64,000 nt of DNA from Octopus sinensis (lineage: Eukaryota), in assembly GCF_006345805.1 (NCBI RefSeq), contig NC_043000.1, positions 163,556,001 to 163,620,000 of the forward strand. The letters are read 5' to 3'. The notes below the pieces were generated by a model that did no database searches, was not told the DNA's origin, and saw only the letters and a program-made list of their open reading frames with translations. The position numbers and the translations under genes were made by a program. Positions 1-12,825 of this stretch are shown here, in pieces (the stretch's first letter is position 1; every line of letters starts with the position of its first letter).

Positions 1-21
1 AGTAGTTATCTGCAGGAGGTC

Positions 22-96
22 ACTACTACTACTACTACTACTAGTAGTAGTACCAACCAACACTACTATTACTACTACTTACTACTACTACTACTA

Positions 97-131
<35 letters not shown>
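22..131 (+). repeat. (ACT)n microsatellite
   Basis: Imperfect tandem ACT/TAC trinucleotide run. Confidence 0.95.
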
Positions 132-1029
132 TGACATTAAACAGTCTGTTTTCCAACAGCATTCAAATATAGAGATACCAGCTAAAAATGTAAAGAATCA
201 AGTAACGGGAAAATTCCTCAGATTTCTTCATAAATATGTGTGTGCGTGTGTGCGTGTATGAGTGCGCACGCGTGTGTGTGTGTCTATGTATATGTGTTTG
301 TATATCAGTAAGAAGATATCCGATGTAATCCGGATGGGAGCCCAATGTAGAATTCCCAGGTGGAGGGAAGACCAGAGAAAGTCCGCTTAAGCGTTAAATA
401 CATGGATTAAAGACAATGAATATTACAAAGATTAACACGAGAAGAATAGAGTTTGATGATTATGGCATTACTTTAACGATTCAATGGCGAAAGATAGTGC
501 ATCAACGATTCGGACTTTAGTCCTTCATTGGAAAAAAGAAACGGAAAATGAAAGAAAAAAAAACAGGGAGAGTGAGAGAGAGAGAAATACTGAGTGAATA
601 AATGAGAAGAAAAGAGGATAAGAGACGCTGGTGGAAGATGAAAGGTTAGAAAGCAGAGGGAATACTTTTGTATTAAAGTCGTTAAGAAAGGGGGAAGGGT
701 CGAATGTGTGGATGCATACATCTGTGTCTGGAAATGAATTAAGTGGGAATGGTGTGCATGTACGTGTATTAGTATGGTGTATTGATCTGTACAAGTGTGG
801 AAGAACGGATAGTTGCTAGTTGCGGCGCTTCGGCGTGCGTGTGTGTGTGTGTTATTGGGTTAATAGTGTCAAATTGTGTATGTGAGGGTATATGTTTGAG
901 GGTGCGGAAATAAAGCCATTTATTTCATCAGTACCTTTATATCCAGCCACTCTCATACATGGTATAGCAAGAGCAAGGTGAAAGGTACTACTTTATAAGT
1001 GTACACGTTCATAAACAAAAGCTCTTTAC

Positions 1030-1645
1030 ATTGTAGGTTCAAATCCCACCGAGGTCAACTTTTCCCACCGAGGTCAACTTTTCGGGTCGGTAAAATAAAA
1101 TACTGATTGAGTATTGGAGTCAATGTAATCAATAAATGTCCCTATTCTAAAGCTGATGGCCTCGTTCCAGAATTGGAAACAATTAAGGAAGCCGGTTAGC
1201 AGGCTCGTTATAGCGTCGGAAAATACCCTGCACAATTTATTTTAGATCCTTATATGCTGGGTTCAGGTGCTGCCCAAGTCAACTTTAGATTTTATCTTCT
1301 TGGGGTCGACAAAATAAAGTACCAGGCAAAACACTGGGAGCGATGGTATCGACTAACCCCTACCATATCGACTAATCCCTCCCATATCGACTAACCCCTC
1401 CCATATCGACTAACCCCTCCCATATCGACTAACCCCTCCCATATCGACTAACCCTTCCCATAAATTTCTGGCCTTGTGTCTCTATTAAAAGCAGACGTTT
1501 AAGACGGCAAAATGTCTTGCGGTATTTCTTTCCCTTCATTACGTTCCGGGTTCAAATTTCGCCGGGCTCGACTTTAACTTTCATTCTTCTGGGGTCGATA
1601 AACGAAAGTCCCAGTCAAGTGCCGGCCTGTGCAATAACTTAAGAC
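1030..1645 (+). mobile_element. Cluster of decayed tRNA-derived SINE family A fragments
   Basis: Three degenerate copies of gttcaaat..gccgaggtcgactttgcctttcatcc..ggggtcgataaaataagtaccag, the same body as the intact copies at 8849 and 11614. Confidence 0.75.
1346..1460 (+). repeat. 19-bp minisatellite (atatcgactaacccctccc) x~6 expanded inside a SINE
   Basis: Direct tandem copies visible in the sequence. Confidence 0.9.
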
Positions 1646-3039
1646 AATCATCACCATCATCAGCAATGGTGGCAGTAGTACTGGTGGTGGTGGTGGTAGT
1701 GGTGGTGGTGGTGGTGGTGGCGGTGGTGATGGTGGTGGTGGTACCAGTAGTAGTAGTAGTAGTAGTAGTAGTGGCTGAGCCAGTCTTTTGAAGTTCTTAT
1801 TCTTTTCAATATAGCGATATTTTCAGATCTTCAATAGAATTTCCGAATCGACGTCAAGCACCGGCAGCATTAATATTTCTTATGCCATTGTCTTTATTTC
1901 CTACCCCAGTCCTGGATCCAATTTCTTCCTTCTCTTGAGACTGTTATTATAATTTTATGTCTTTGTTTTTTTCTTTCTTCTTTAACTCTGTCTCAAAGAG
2001 ATCGATATGTAATGATTTAATAATCAATTATCTAAACTCAAGGCAACATGTTATTTTATCTTGAGCTTGTTGATAGTTTTCGGTGCCTTCATTTCTACGT
2101 CTTTTCATTTACGTTGTTTATTTGGGGATACATAAAATCACCAGAAAATCGATTGATTGGATAAGCTTTTGAACTACTAATTAAAAGGTGTTGAGATCAA
2201 TTAATAGATGTTTGTTGTGTCTCCACGAGACAGAAATTTTTACGTGACTCAGTTCTGCTTCTTGAAAACTGATACCAAATCACTTACTAGAAATTGAGGT
2301 CCTGACCGGTTAGTCAATGCGTTGTTGTATAGCAAATGAGGTGATATTTTAACCATGAATCATCAAGACCATGACCGTCATCGTGAAAGCTTGGGCAAAT
2401 GTTTTTTTTTTTTTTTACTACAGCGTCGGTTTTATCCAAGCCCATCTGAGGAAAATTGAATAAGCAGAAAATGTGTTAAAAGCAAATGGATAGATTGAAC
2501 CTGTAATTCAATGGTTCAGCCTTGATGCATATCGTGTCAATGCTTGGTTCTGATATCGTTGTCTATGACATCTGATTTGCCTGCCCTCTGAAGCATGCTG
2601 TAAAAATCGCTTGCCTTGAATTCATCAAGATCATATTCTACCTACACGTCGCACAGAAGTATTTCCAAACATTGGCTACATTGTCTTCCATGAAGCTACT
2701 AAACTAAATATTCTAAACTTGAGATTGTAGTTCTTGATGTTACTAAGAGTTATGTGTCCCATTGTATCTTCTCTTCAGAACTTCATTCACATATCTTTGC
2801 ACGTATTTTTTCTTGCAGTTCACAGTTATACATTTAACTCTTAAATTGATCTTAAAAGGTAACGCTGGGCGGCAAGAACAAATCAGTTATTTTACCAGTA
2901 TTGCTTTGTTCAATAATTGTCATCCCTTCACCTCACCACCAGAAAGTTTGAGAACATTTTGGTATTTATGCATTGCAAGAATGAAATGCGTGAGAGAAAA
3001 TTGTCATTAAAGATAAACATGTTGAACCACAGTTAAGTA

Positions 3040-3500
3040 GAATTGTATAACCAATTGTAGCTACCAGGTCATATGAAAATGTGGCATATTTCCACTTCAC
3101 AGATGCCATCGATGAAGTTGATCATTGAATGATACGTCACAAATTGTATGATGACATATATGGAAAACTAGGTAAGTGTCAGCTTTACTTTTGGGGAGGC
3201 TTAAGTCAGGCAGTTTGAACGTTAATTTTGAGCGGAGTCCTTCAGAGAACTTATTGAGGCTATTGTAGTGGTTCTTTCTCGGACATAGTCGCTAGTTATG
3301 CTGACGATACGGAAGCATCATAGGCGAACAAAACCTGATGGTGTCACAGTTTTTGATATACATGTGGACTGGAAGAAAACAACAGGCAGTTTCAAGGATT
3401 TGTTTATAAGACAAGAAGAACATCATAGTCAGGATATACAGAACAAGGAGGTATTACAATCTGAGAGTCGGTATTGCATCGGTATTGCATAACCCGGTCA
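3040..3500 (+). pseudogene. Decayed CR1/L2-type LINE reverse transcriptase fragment
   Basis: Manual translation gives YFHFTDAIDEVDH*MIRHKLY..IYGKLG (like YLDFxKAFDKVDH), SGVLQ (like SGVPQG) and VASYADDT (catalytic YADD at ~3297); stops and deletions present. Confidence 0.8.
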
Positions 3501-4618
3501 GAACATAAACAAGGCGGGATGTGGAAGGTCGATATAAATAATGAATCATTTCATACACATATTACTGAGGTAGCAGCAATTTGCAGATGAGAGGACGGTC
3601 GTTGGAACATGTAGCCTAATGTATCCGTAACGCGGAGATGCCTGTATAACGGTGTGTGACCTGAAATAATTAAATACTAGAATAAAAATAGGAAACTTCA
3701 GCACGTTTATGAAACCAAGCTGCTGACATCACACAAACTAATATTTCTTTTTCACTACTCAATTTCTTTTTGTTTCTCTCTTAGTACCAAATTCACTTTG
3801 CCCATGTCGACAAGTTTGTCTGTCGATTTTTCTCCCTCAATTTCTCTCAATCCATTATTTTACAGTAAACCATAGATTCATAGGGATCGTAGATGGTAAT
3901 TTGAGAGACTCGCATTTCTTCCTAAGGGTTGTTTACCAGAATTAATAATGTAATAGTTCTACACACATAGAAAAACAGAGACAACACGCGCGCGCACATT
4001 TAATCTGTACATGTTAGTACACATTTAATGTAGTTGGGCGTTGACCAGTGATGTCAGTTCGATTCTCCCTAGATGCACACTAATCTCTCTCTCCTTATAT
4101 TTGTGTTTATTTACTTTCTTCCATTTTCTCACCCCCCCACTTACTGCGTATCTGTCTGTGTTTGAAACACACACACACACACATATGTAAGTGCCTTTAT
4201 AGATGTGTATATTCATCTTTCTCTCAACGGAATTCACAACGTAAGTGAAGCGGACCCACGAGGGAATCGAAACCCGGTCGGTGATTCGGTTCGCTGCAAA
4301 TTTACTGCACCACAGCACTCGGGTTAATATAGACGTTATAGAAATAGCGTAATCTAGGGTTTCATAACATACTTTGTGCACTCGCACACACATATGCTTA
4401 CACAGACGTCTGTACAAATGAGTGTGAATGTGTGTGTGTGAGTATGTGTGCGCACGTATGTGTATACTTGAATGCCTATGTGTGTATAGGTGTGTGTGTG
4501 TGTGTGTAAACCATTTGTCCTTAGTTTGTATTGTGCATCGTTGCGTTTAATTGTATGTCTGCGGAGCCTACTTCTGGTTTCGTTATATATATTAGCATAA
4601 AGCTTTATAGAATTACAA

Positions 4619-4651
4619 TATATATACATACATATATATATGTATATATAT

Positions 4652-4712
<61 letters not shown>

Positions 4713-4727
4713 ATATATATGTATATA

Positions 4728-4800
<73 letters not shown>

Positions 4801-4819
4801 GTATATATATATATATGTA

Positions 4820-4867
<48 letters not shown>

Positions 4868-4870
4868 ATA
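4619..4870. repeat. Compound (TA)n/(TG)n microsatellite
   Basis: Direct inspection. Confidence 0.95.
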
Positions 4871-5250
4871 CAAACTCATACACACGTATATAAACAGACA
4901 CACACACATACACATGCAAGCATATATATATATTTAAGAATATTGATATTAGTATCTGTTTGTGTATTTATCTAACCAGCTCTCCCTCCCTCTCTCTCAC
5001 TTCACTCTCTCTCCCACCCCTCTCTCTGCATCTCTCTCTCTCTCCCTACACACACACTCACACATTCACATTTACATTTATGTCTATCGTCCAAACCAAT
5101 GACATTGTCTCTCACTCTCTTCTTACACACACACACACATACACACACGCATACACACACAAACACGACGCACACAGATAGATCGATCGATCGATTGATA
5201 GATAGACAGACAAATAGATAGATAGGCACAAATGCACACACATGTGTGTG

Positions 5251-5289
<39 letters not shown>

Positions 5290-5533
5290 ATGTACTTATA
5301 AATGTAGTGTACAGCATGAAATTGATATTAAAGCAAACATTTTCTTTATATTTTTGTTTGGTTTGAAGAAGGATTTGTGTCTTTGCTCCTCGCAGTCCCC
5401 CGGAGGCTTGTGTGGTGGATAGCGCTGCCGATACACTTATACTGCTGCCAGTCAACGACTGCGGAAAGAGCATGCGCAGGGATATGATAATTCTAGGCAG
5501 TTGACGTACTGGGAGAAGAGGCAGTAGTGATGA

Positions 5534-5584
5534 AGCAACATCCAGGCAACTTACTAGTGATTTGTACGTTGCCTGAGTGTTGCT
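5534..5584. ncRNA. Candidate pre-miRNA-like hairpin
   Basis: AGCAACAtcCAGGCAACtTAC-tagtgattt-GTAcGTTGCCTGagTGTTGCT: 21-nt arms, 9-nt loop, loose basal pairing 5522-5597, in non-repetitive sequence. Confidence 0.4.
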
Positions 5585-6426
5585 CACAACATGGCTGATA
5601 AAAGGAGATGAGATGTTTAAATAGGTAAGGCTTGAACAACCAGCTCTGAGAAGACGATTTCATTTTAGCAGAGGTAGAAAATGCAGACCTCAGCAGACCT
5701 CAAAATATACAATCGTTGGATTTTTAATGTGTCATCTAAAATACAGATATTCTTCGTGCATATTATTGATTGTCGCTAATACTCTGAATTTCTTAGAATT
5801 CTGTATAAGGATTGTTGGATTTACCTGCCATGGATTAGGATTTACCTGAGATTTGTATTCTACATACATTTACTGCTTGTTGGAAATTTAACCTTATTCT
5901 TTTATACTGAGCTCTTACTTGACATCTGTCAAGATTTTTCAATCCCAAAATTCCAATTTTTCTTATATATATACACACTCACACACACCAGGAATGTGAA
6001 TACGTATAAGTGGGTATAACTAACATGTTTATATATATATATATATATACTGCGGGGTACCATACAGTTACACTCTACTAAATTCACTCACAAAGCATTG
6101 GTCAGCTTTTCCAAAGATGCAGCACAATGGGACTGAAGGTGATCTTAACCATAGAACCATGCCTGTGCCCCACAACATAAAAATAATAAAGCAAATACCA
6201 ATGAGTGCTAAATGTAATAAACCTTCGAACACAACAATGAACAACAAATATGAGATATTGAAGGAGCAGAACAGTATTATGAACAAGAATGATTAGAAAC
6301 GTATTGAATAGTATAAGATCAGAAACAGCAGCAAGAAACAGCAGCAACGATGTCGCTATTTGCAGCAGCATGAAGGGAGGGAGGGAGGGAGCTGGCTGAA
6401 TCATCATGGTACTGGACAAAAAGTTT

Positions 6427-6600
6427 AGCGGCCTTTTTTTCTGTCTTTACGTTCTGATTTCAAATTCTGCTGAGGTCGACTTTGCCTTTCATCTTTTCGT
6501 GGTTGATAAAAGAATTGCCAGTCGAACACTGGGGCTGACGTTATCGGCTTAGCCCCTCTTCGAAAATTGCAGGCCTTGTCCCAAAATTTGAAATCAGTAT
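6427..6600 (+). mobile_element. SINE family A (5'-truncated)
   Basis: tacgttctgatttcaaattctgctgaggtcgactttgcctttcatc body. Confidence 0.85.
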
Positions 6601-6725
6601 TTACAGCATCATCAACAACCAAAGCAATTACAGCAACGTCATTTATACTAACAGCAGCAACAGTAGCAGCAATCCTGATGTCATTAATAGTAACAACAGA
6701 AGTAGCAGCAGCAACAGCAGCAGCA

Positions 6726-7337
6726 GTGGAGGCGCAATGGCCCAGTGGTTAGGGCAGCAGACTCACGGTCGTAAGAACGCGGTTTCGATTCCCAGACCGG
6801 GCATTGTGAGTGTTTATTGAGCAAAAACACCTAGGCTCCACGAGGCTCCGGCGGGGTGAACCCCGCTGTACTCTTTCACCACAACTTTCTCTCACTCTTT
6901 CTTCCTACTTCTGCCACAAAGCAGAGGGACCATGGTGTAACCCACTATGGTGTGGTAAACTTTCAGACCCTAGTCTAGATTGCGAATCCTCTGTACCCCA
7001 GGATGGTTCAGCTCTCCACCCGTTAAAAGCCACCTTTTACGGAATGAGGATAACAACGTAGCTTTCGCGCTCGTGCAACCGCCAGTCTATCATCGCGTGT
7101 GGTGGGTGCATCTTCAAGTTGCCACACGCATTCTTGGTAGCTTAGAGTAGGCTCGAATTAGAGATTATTCTTTTTGTGGCTAATGGCGGGAGTCCTGATT
7201 GGAAGAAGAAGAAGAAGAAGAAGAAGAAGAAGAAGAAGAAGAAGAAGAAGAAGAAGAGAAGAAGAAAGAAGAAGAAGAAGAAGAAGAAGAAGAAGAAGAA
7301 GAAGAAGAAGAAGAAGAAGAAGAAGAAGAAGAAGAAG
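6726..7337 (+). mobile_element. tRNA-derived SINE family D, full length, (GAA)n tail
   Basis: tRNA-like head with A box (tggcccagtgg) and B box (ggtttcgattccc), ~470-bp body, long (GAA)n tail; highly similar inverted copy at 14559-15126. Confidence 0.9.
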
Positions 7338-7718
7338 ACAGCTACAACGGTAGCAACAACCACAACACATTAGTATCAACAGTAGCAGCACCAGCGGCAC
7401 AGCAGTTGTCAGATAAGGTCTTAATCCCGAATAGCGATAACTGCAGCAACAACTACAAACGTCATCAATAGCATCAGCAACAACAGTGATAATCACAACA
7501 GCGTCCTAAATAACAACAGTTTTACCATCATCATCAGCAGCAGAAGCAATCACAGCAACGTCACCAATACCGCTCTCATCAGCTACAGTAACAATCATAG
7601 CAAACTCAGCAATACCAGAAGTAACAACAGCAACAGCAGTAGTAATCACAACAACCACATTACCAGCAGCAACAACAGAAGCAGTTCTGTCAACATTACA
7701 TTCCTACTAAACCTGTTA

Positions 7719-8260
7719 CTGGGTTGTCCGGAAAGTTCGTGCCGATTTTTAAAGGAAAGAGAAAGGTCAATAAATACTTGCCATTACATTTTTATCAACC
7801 AAATATCAACCATCTTTCCTTTGGCTTGAAAATACCCTCATCCCAGAACTGAGGTGGTTTCATGGCAAAGAATTCATCAAGGTATCTTTTTACGGCATTC
7901 AAGGAATAGAAATTTTTACCATTAAGACTATTCTGCAGAGACCTGAATAAGTGGAAATCCGAAGGAGCAATATCTGGTGAATATGGAGAGTTGGGTAACA
8001 CATCCCAGCCGAGCTGCAGCAATTTTTGTCTAGTTCCCAAATCATCAAGTGCCGAAAATGAACTTTCTTATCTTCCATTTTAAAGGGTTATAGAATTAGC
8101 ACAGGTTATGGGAACATAAACCTTCCTCCATGAAAAGATAGCTTAAACTGTACTATAAATGGAGGTGTAGTCAAATCCTATTTTATGGACTCAACCATGT
8201 TCTAAAATAAGTCGAAAAGTAAGCTACTATAAATCGGCACGAATTTTCCGGACAACCCAA
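7719..8260 (-). mobile_element. Internally deleted mariner (Tc1/mariner) element
   Basis: ~30-bp TIRs (ctgggttgtccggaaagttcgtgccgattt / aaatcggcacgaattttccggacaacccaa) with TA on both sides; N-terminal MEDKKVHFRHLM joined directly to C-terminal LGWDVLPNSPYSPDIAPSDFHLF. Confidence 0.93.
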
Positions 8261-8848
8261 TAAATAAAAAAACAATTCATTCTGTGATTTAGCACGACCA
8301 TCTGGCACTTGAGACATTCTGTGACAAACATTCAAGACAGGATGATTTTTTTTCCTCATCATTCTCAAAAGCTCCGCAAAGGGTCACGAACGGTCACTCT
8401 TCCTCCTTGTGACTAAGCAATAATGAAACAGAGTGGAGTCAGAAAGAGAGAGAAAGAGAAGGACGAAGTATGGTAAAATATTTGAACAGGCACTTTAATG
8501 TCATCATTGAATCTCCAACAACATAGGGCCATAAAATTGTAGGAAAAGGATGTTGTCGATAGAAACCTACCTCAGCGTATTGCTTGCACTTGATCGGCCC
8601 TGGAGAGATAAAGATAAATACTGACATTTGAACTCGGCATATTAAGGAAGGAAACCAAAATATTGTAACGTCTTTAATTCTCAATGAACTATTGTTCCTG
8701 CCACTCCCGCTGACCTAGTTATTCCTTTCAAAAAGAACAAACAAATATTTTCACTGCAGACGTCAAGTAGTGTATTTAGTCTGTACACACTATATTTTGA
8801 GTGAAGAGTCAGCGAAAAGGCTTCTGTGTTGTGACTTGAACTGTGAGA

Positions 8849-9245
8849 AAGGCGGCGAGCTGGCAGAAGCGTTAGCACGCCGGGCGAAATGCGTAGCCGT
8901 ATTTCGTCTGCCGTTACGTTCTGAGTTCAAATTCCACCGAGGTCGACTTTGCCTTTCATCCATTCGGGGTCGATTAAATAAGTACCAGTTACGCATTGGG
9001 GTCGATATAAGCGACTTAATTCATTTGTCTGTCCTTGTTTGTCCTCTCTGTGTTTAGCCCCTTGTGGGTAGTAAAGAAATAGGTATTTCGTCTGCCTTTA
9101 CGTTCTGAGTTCAAATTCCGCCGAGGTCGACTTTGCCTTTCATCCTATCGAGGTTGATAAATTAAGTACCAGTTGCGTACTGGGGTCGATCCAATCGGCT
9201 GGCTCCATCCCCCAAAATTTCAGGTCTTGTGCCTAGAGTAGAAAA
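8849..9245 (+). mobile_element. SINE family A, full copy plus tandem 5'-truncated second body
   Basis: aaggcggcgagctggcagaagcgttagcacgccgggcg head; body repeats from ~9082. Confidence 0.92.
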
Positions 9246-9499
9246 AAAAAAGAACTTGAACTGTGAGAAGTAACAGCCAAATCTCTCTCAATACACATCG
9301 TAATGTAATTTTTAAAAAAATGACGCTTGGAGGCTGTAGTAGCAATGACTTCTAAAAGCAAAGAAAGACAGCCAGGTGACGTGATGGGACGCTTCTATCG
9401 CAGGGCAACGTATTCAGCAGACCTAATCTAGTCCCCCAAGAATCAGGCCAATTGCAACTAGCAATACAAGGGAGTTAAACTATTGTCATTAACTGAACA

Positions 9500-9877
9500 C
9501 AACTAAGCACCACATTCACCACAACCTCCACCTTCACCGCCACCGCCACTATAACCTCCTTCACCGCCACCGCCACTACTATACTCCACAACATCGCTAC
9601 AACTATAACCGCTAAAATCACCAATATACTACTACTATTACTACTACCGCCAACACTATCACTGCTACTACTATCACTTCTACTACTCTTTCCACTACTT
9701 CTACTACTACTACTACTACCGCTTTTTCTACTACTACTACTACCACTACTACTACTATTACTATTACTACTACTACTTCTACAACTACTACTACTACCAA
9801 CACTACTACTTCTACTGCGTCCACCACCAAAACCACCACCACCACCACTACTACTACAACTACTACAACTACTGCTG

Positions 9878-9919
<42 letters not shown>

Positions 9920-9960
9920 TTACCACTACTACTACCACCACCATCACCACCAGATACTGC
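9500..9960. repeat. (ACT)n/(ACC)n low-complexity tract
   Basis: Accounts for the poly-S/poly-V ORFs. Confidence 0.9.
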
Positions 9961-11613
9961 CACAAAGACTGTCATCAGCAAAAAAATATCTTCCAGAAAT
10001 GTTAGCATTAACCAACAAGTAAAGAACGTGTGCGCGTGTGCGCGAGGTGTGCCTGTGTTTATGCGTCTACACACACACTAATCAAATCGACATACATGCA
10101 TAAATGCATACACATCCATACGCAATACATATAGATGTGTGAGACTATGTATATAAGCACACTCACACATACATACACATACACACACAAACATATACAA
10201 TACATATACATACACCCACACACACATACACATACGTATACAAATTCACATCCATAGTTACATACACAAATTAGCACATTTACATGTGCACACGTATAGA
10301 CACACTCTGAGAAGCATATACATATGTACACACGCGTACACGTGCATATACACCTATACATACGCCCACATACGCATGCAAACATACACGCACGTTCACA
10401 AGTAGCTACAGACATACACATTTACGAACACACACATAGATGCACTTTAGCAGAGGCACATTCATTCACGCATGTCTGTAGATAGACACGCATCTACACA
10501 CGTCCACGAGGACATCTATGCAGACATGAAATGTTGAAGACAAGTTTTTCCTGCACCGGTGGAGCCGTTTGGCAGCAGCAGCGGTGCGTACAGACTGTCG
10601 GTTGGCGTCCGACTGTGGCGAAAGAACGAGTGGTATTCGTTGAATGTGTGTGTGGATGGAAGAAAGAAAGGGAATAGAAAGGCGTGGTCGAGATAACACG
10701 GTGGTGGTGGTGGTTGCAGTAATGGTGCAAGTGATGATGGTGACGGTGTTGATAGTTTTTGGCGGATGTGTTAATTCCTTCCTAGTTGTGGTGGATGGTA
10801 ATTGATGAGGGTTGATGGTATGGGTGGTTGTTTATATTTTTTAGTCGTGATTTTTGTGGTGGTTGTGGTGGTGGTGTTAGTGGTTTTTGGTGGGCATGTG
10901 TGCTAGTGCTAGTCGTAGCGAAGTTGATAGACAGGGTGGGAGTGCTGGTGTTTGAGGTGATTGTCGTGTTGATAGCTAGGATGGGTGTGTTAGTACTTGT
11001 AGTGATTTGGCTGTTGATTGATGTAGTGGGAATCAATGACGCTGGTAGTGGTGGTGGTAGTGGTGGTAGTGGTGGTGGTAGTGGTTGTGTTAGTGCGATG
11101 GCAGTTAAGTTTGTTGTGATGCTAATGTTATTGATAATATTTTAGGTGTGTATCAGAATGATGGTTGCAGTAAGGTTACTGATAATAATTTTGGTGATAA
11201 CAGTGAAGAGGTTTTTTAACGGTGGTGGTGGTGTGGTTGCGTGGTTGTACTGTTTCAATGAATGTTATAATTATGTTGTGAATGTGATAGTGAAAGTTGC
11301 GTTGTTGTTGTTAGTAATGGTGGTCAGAATGTTGCTATTGTTGTAATCCCTGTTTAACCCCAGATCATCTCTTATCCAGCAGATTGATAATCAACACCGA
11401 CATAGCTGTGATTATTTTGTCTTAATGAATATCAGTAGCAATATTCTCCACTGTATACTTTACTTTTTTGCATTGAAAATGAATGAACAAGATTTTGGCT
11501 GTTTTTTCTAGCAAGTTGAGCGAGCAGAGAAATACTGCCTCGTTTTCTTGTGCGTTACTAATGTAACCTTGACGGTGGTGTTGCGATTGAGTTGATGGTG
11601 GTGGATTCCTTTA

Positions 11614-11846
11614 TGGCGGTGAGCTGGCAGAAACGTTAGCACACCGGGTGAAATGTTTAGCGGTATTTCGTCTGCCGCTACGTTCTGAGTTCAGATTCCG
11701 CCGAGGTCGACTTTGCCTTTCATCCTTTCGGGGTCGATTAAATAAGTACCAGTTACGCACTGGGGTCGATATAATCGACTTAATCCGTTTGTCTGTCCTT
11801 ATTTGTTCCCTCTATGTTTAGGCCCCTTGTGGGTAGGAAAGAAATA
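11614..11846 (+). mobile_element. SINE family A, full length
   Basis: ggcggtgagctggcagaaacgttagc...ccccttgtgggtaggaaagaaata. Confidence 0.92.
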
Positions 11847-11947
11847 TACGTGATAGATTCCTTGTTATTGTGAAGGCTAAAATCAATCATAAGAGGATAA
11901 CAAAGTCAGATATACAAGCAATGCAGTTATTATTTGTTTAGTTGAGG

Positions 11948-12346
11948 TTAATTAAACTGGGTTTTCAACTGATTGCGGTTGATGATGCTAATTAAACTGG
12001 GTTTTCAGCTGATTGCATTTGATGATGCTAATTAAACTAGGTTTTCAACTGATTGCAGTCGATGATGCTAATTAAACTGGGTTTTCAACTGATTGCAGTC
12101 GATGATGCTAATTAAACTGGGTTTTCAACTGATTGCAGTCGATGATGCTAATTAAACTGGGTTTTCAACTGATTGCAGTCGATGATGCTAATTAACTGGG
12201 TTTTCAACTGATTGCAGTCGATGATGCTAATTAAACTGGGTTTTCAACTGATTGCAGTCGATGATGCTAATTAAACTGGGTTTTCAACTGATTGCAGTCG
12301 ATGATGCTAATTAAACTGGGTTTCCAACTGGTTGCAGTTGCTGATG
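11948..12346 (+). repeat. 40-bp minisatellite (attaaactgggttttcaactgattgcagtcgatgatgcta) x~10
   Basis: Head-to-tail units at 11951, 11991, 12031, 12071, 12111, 12151, 12191 (39 bp), 12230, 12270, 12310; no spacers. Confidence 0.95.
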
Positions 12347-12414
12347 CAGCTGCCGTGGCTTCTATTGTTGCCTCTATTGTCGTTTGTTGCTACAATTCAG
12401 TTTATTGTTTGTCT

Positions 12415-12601
12415 TCTTATTTCAGTCATGAGGCTGCAGCCACCGCCTTGGAGAATTTCTAGTCGAATGGATCGACCCCGGTATTTATTTTTAAGCTAAG
12501 GACTTATTATGTTGTCTCTTTTGCCAAACCATTAAGTTACAAGAACGTAAACACACCCACAACTAGTTATCAAGTAGTGGTGGGACACACACACACACAC
12601 A

Positions 12602-12673
<72 letters not shown>

Positions 12674-12825
12674 GACGATCTTCTTTCAGTTCCGTCTGTC
12701 AAAGACTTTGGTCGGTTCAAGGCAATAATAAAAGATACTTGTCCAAGGTGCCACTCACTGGAACTGAACTCGGAATCAAGTGGCTGGGAAACAAGCTTCT
12801 TACCACACAGCTACACCTGTGCCTA
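12415..12825 (-). mobile_element. SINE family B (CORE-like, internal microsatellite)
   Basis: Reverse complement of the 38642-39045 element with internal (CA)n(TA)n. Confidence 0.8.

Noticed and set aside
1985-2236. Fold-back element (tctgtctc...gagacaga)
   Set aside because: Only the outer ~8 bp pair convincingly; inner complementarity is too degenerate to call by eye.
4240-4322. tRNA gene on minus strand
   Set aside because: Only a B-box-like ggtttcgattccc and a weak A box; no cloverleaf. At best a decayed SINE head.
6810-7061. Duplicated ORF MFIEQKHLGSTRLRRGEP (also 14827-15042)
   Set aside because: It lies within two SINE copies, uses a GTG start and has different stop positions; similarity is explained by the repeat.
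10516-10611. Walker-A-like GSTGAGKT in a minus-strand frame
   Set aside because: A stop follows eight codons later with no donor site or other NTPase motifs; likely chance.
11948-12346. CRISPR-like regular repeat
   Set aside because: Units are head-to-tail with no unique spacers, there are no cas genes, and the context is eukaryotic.
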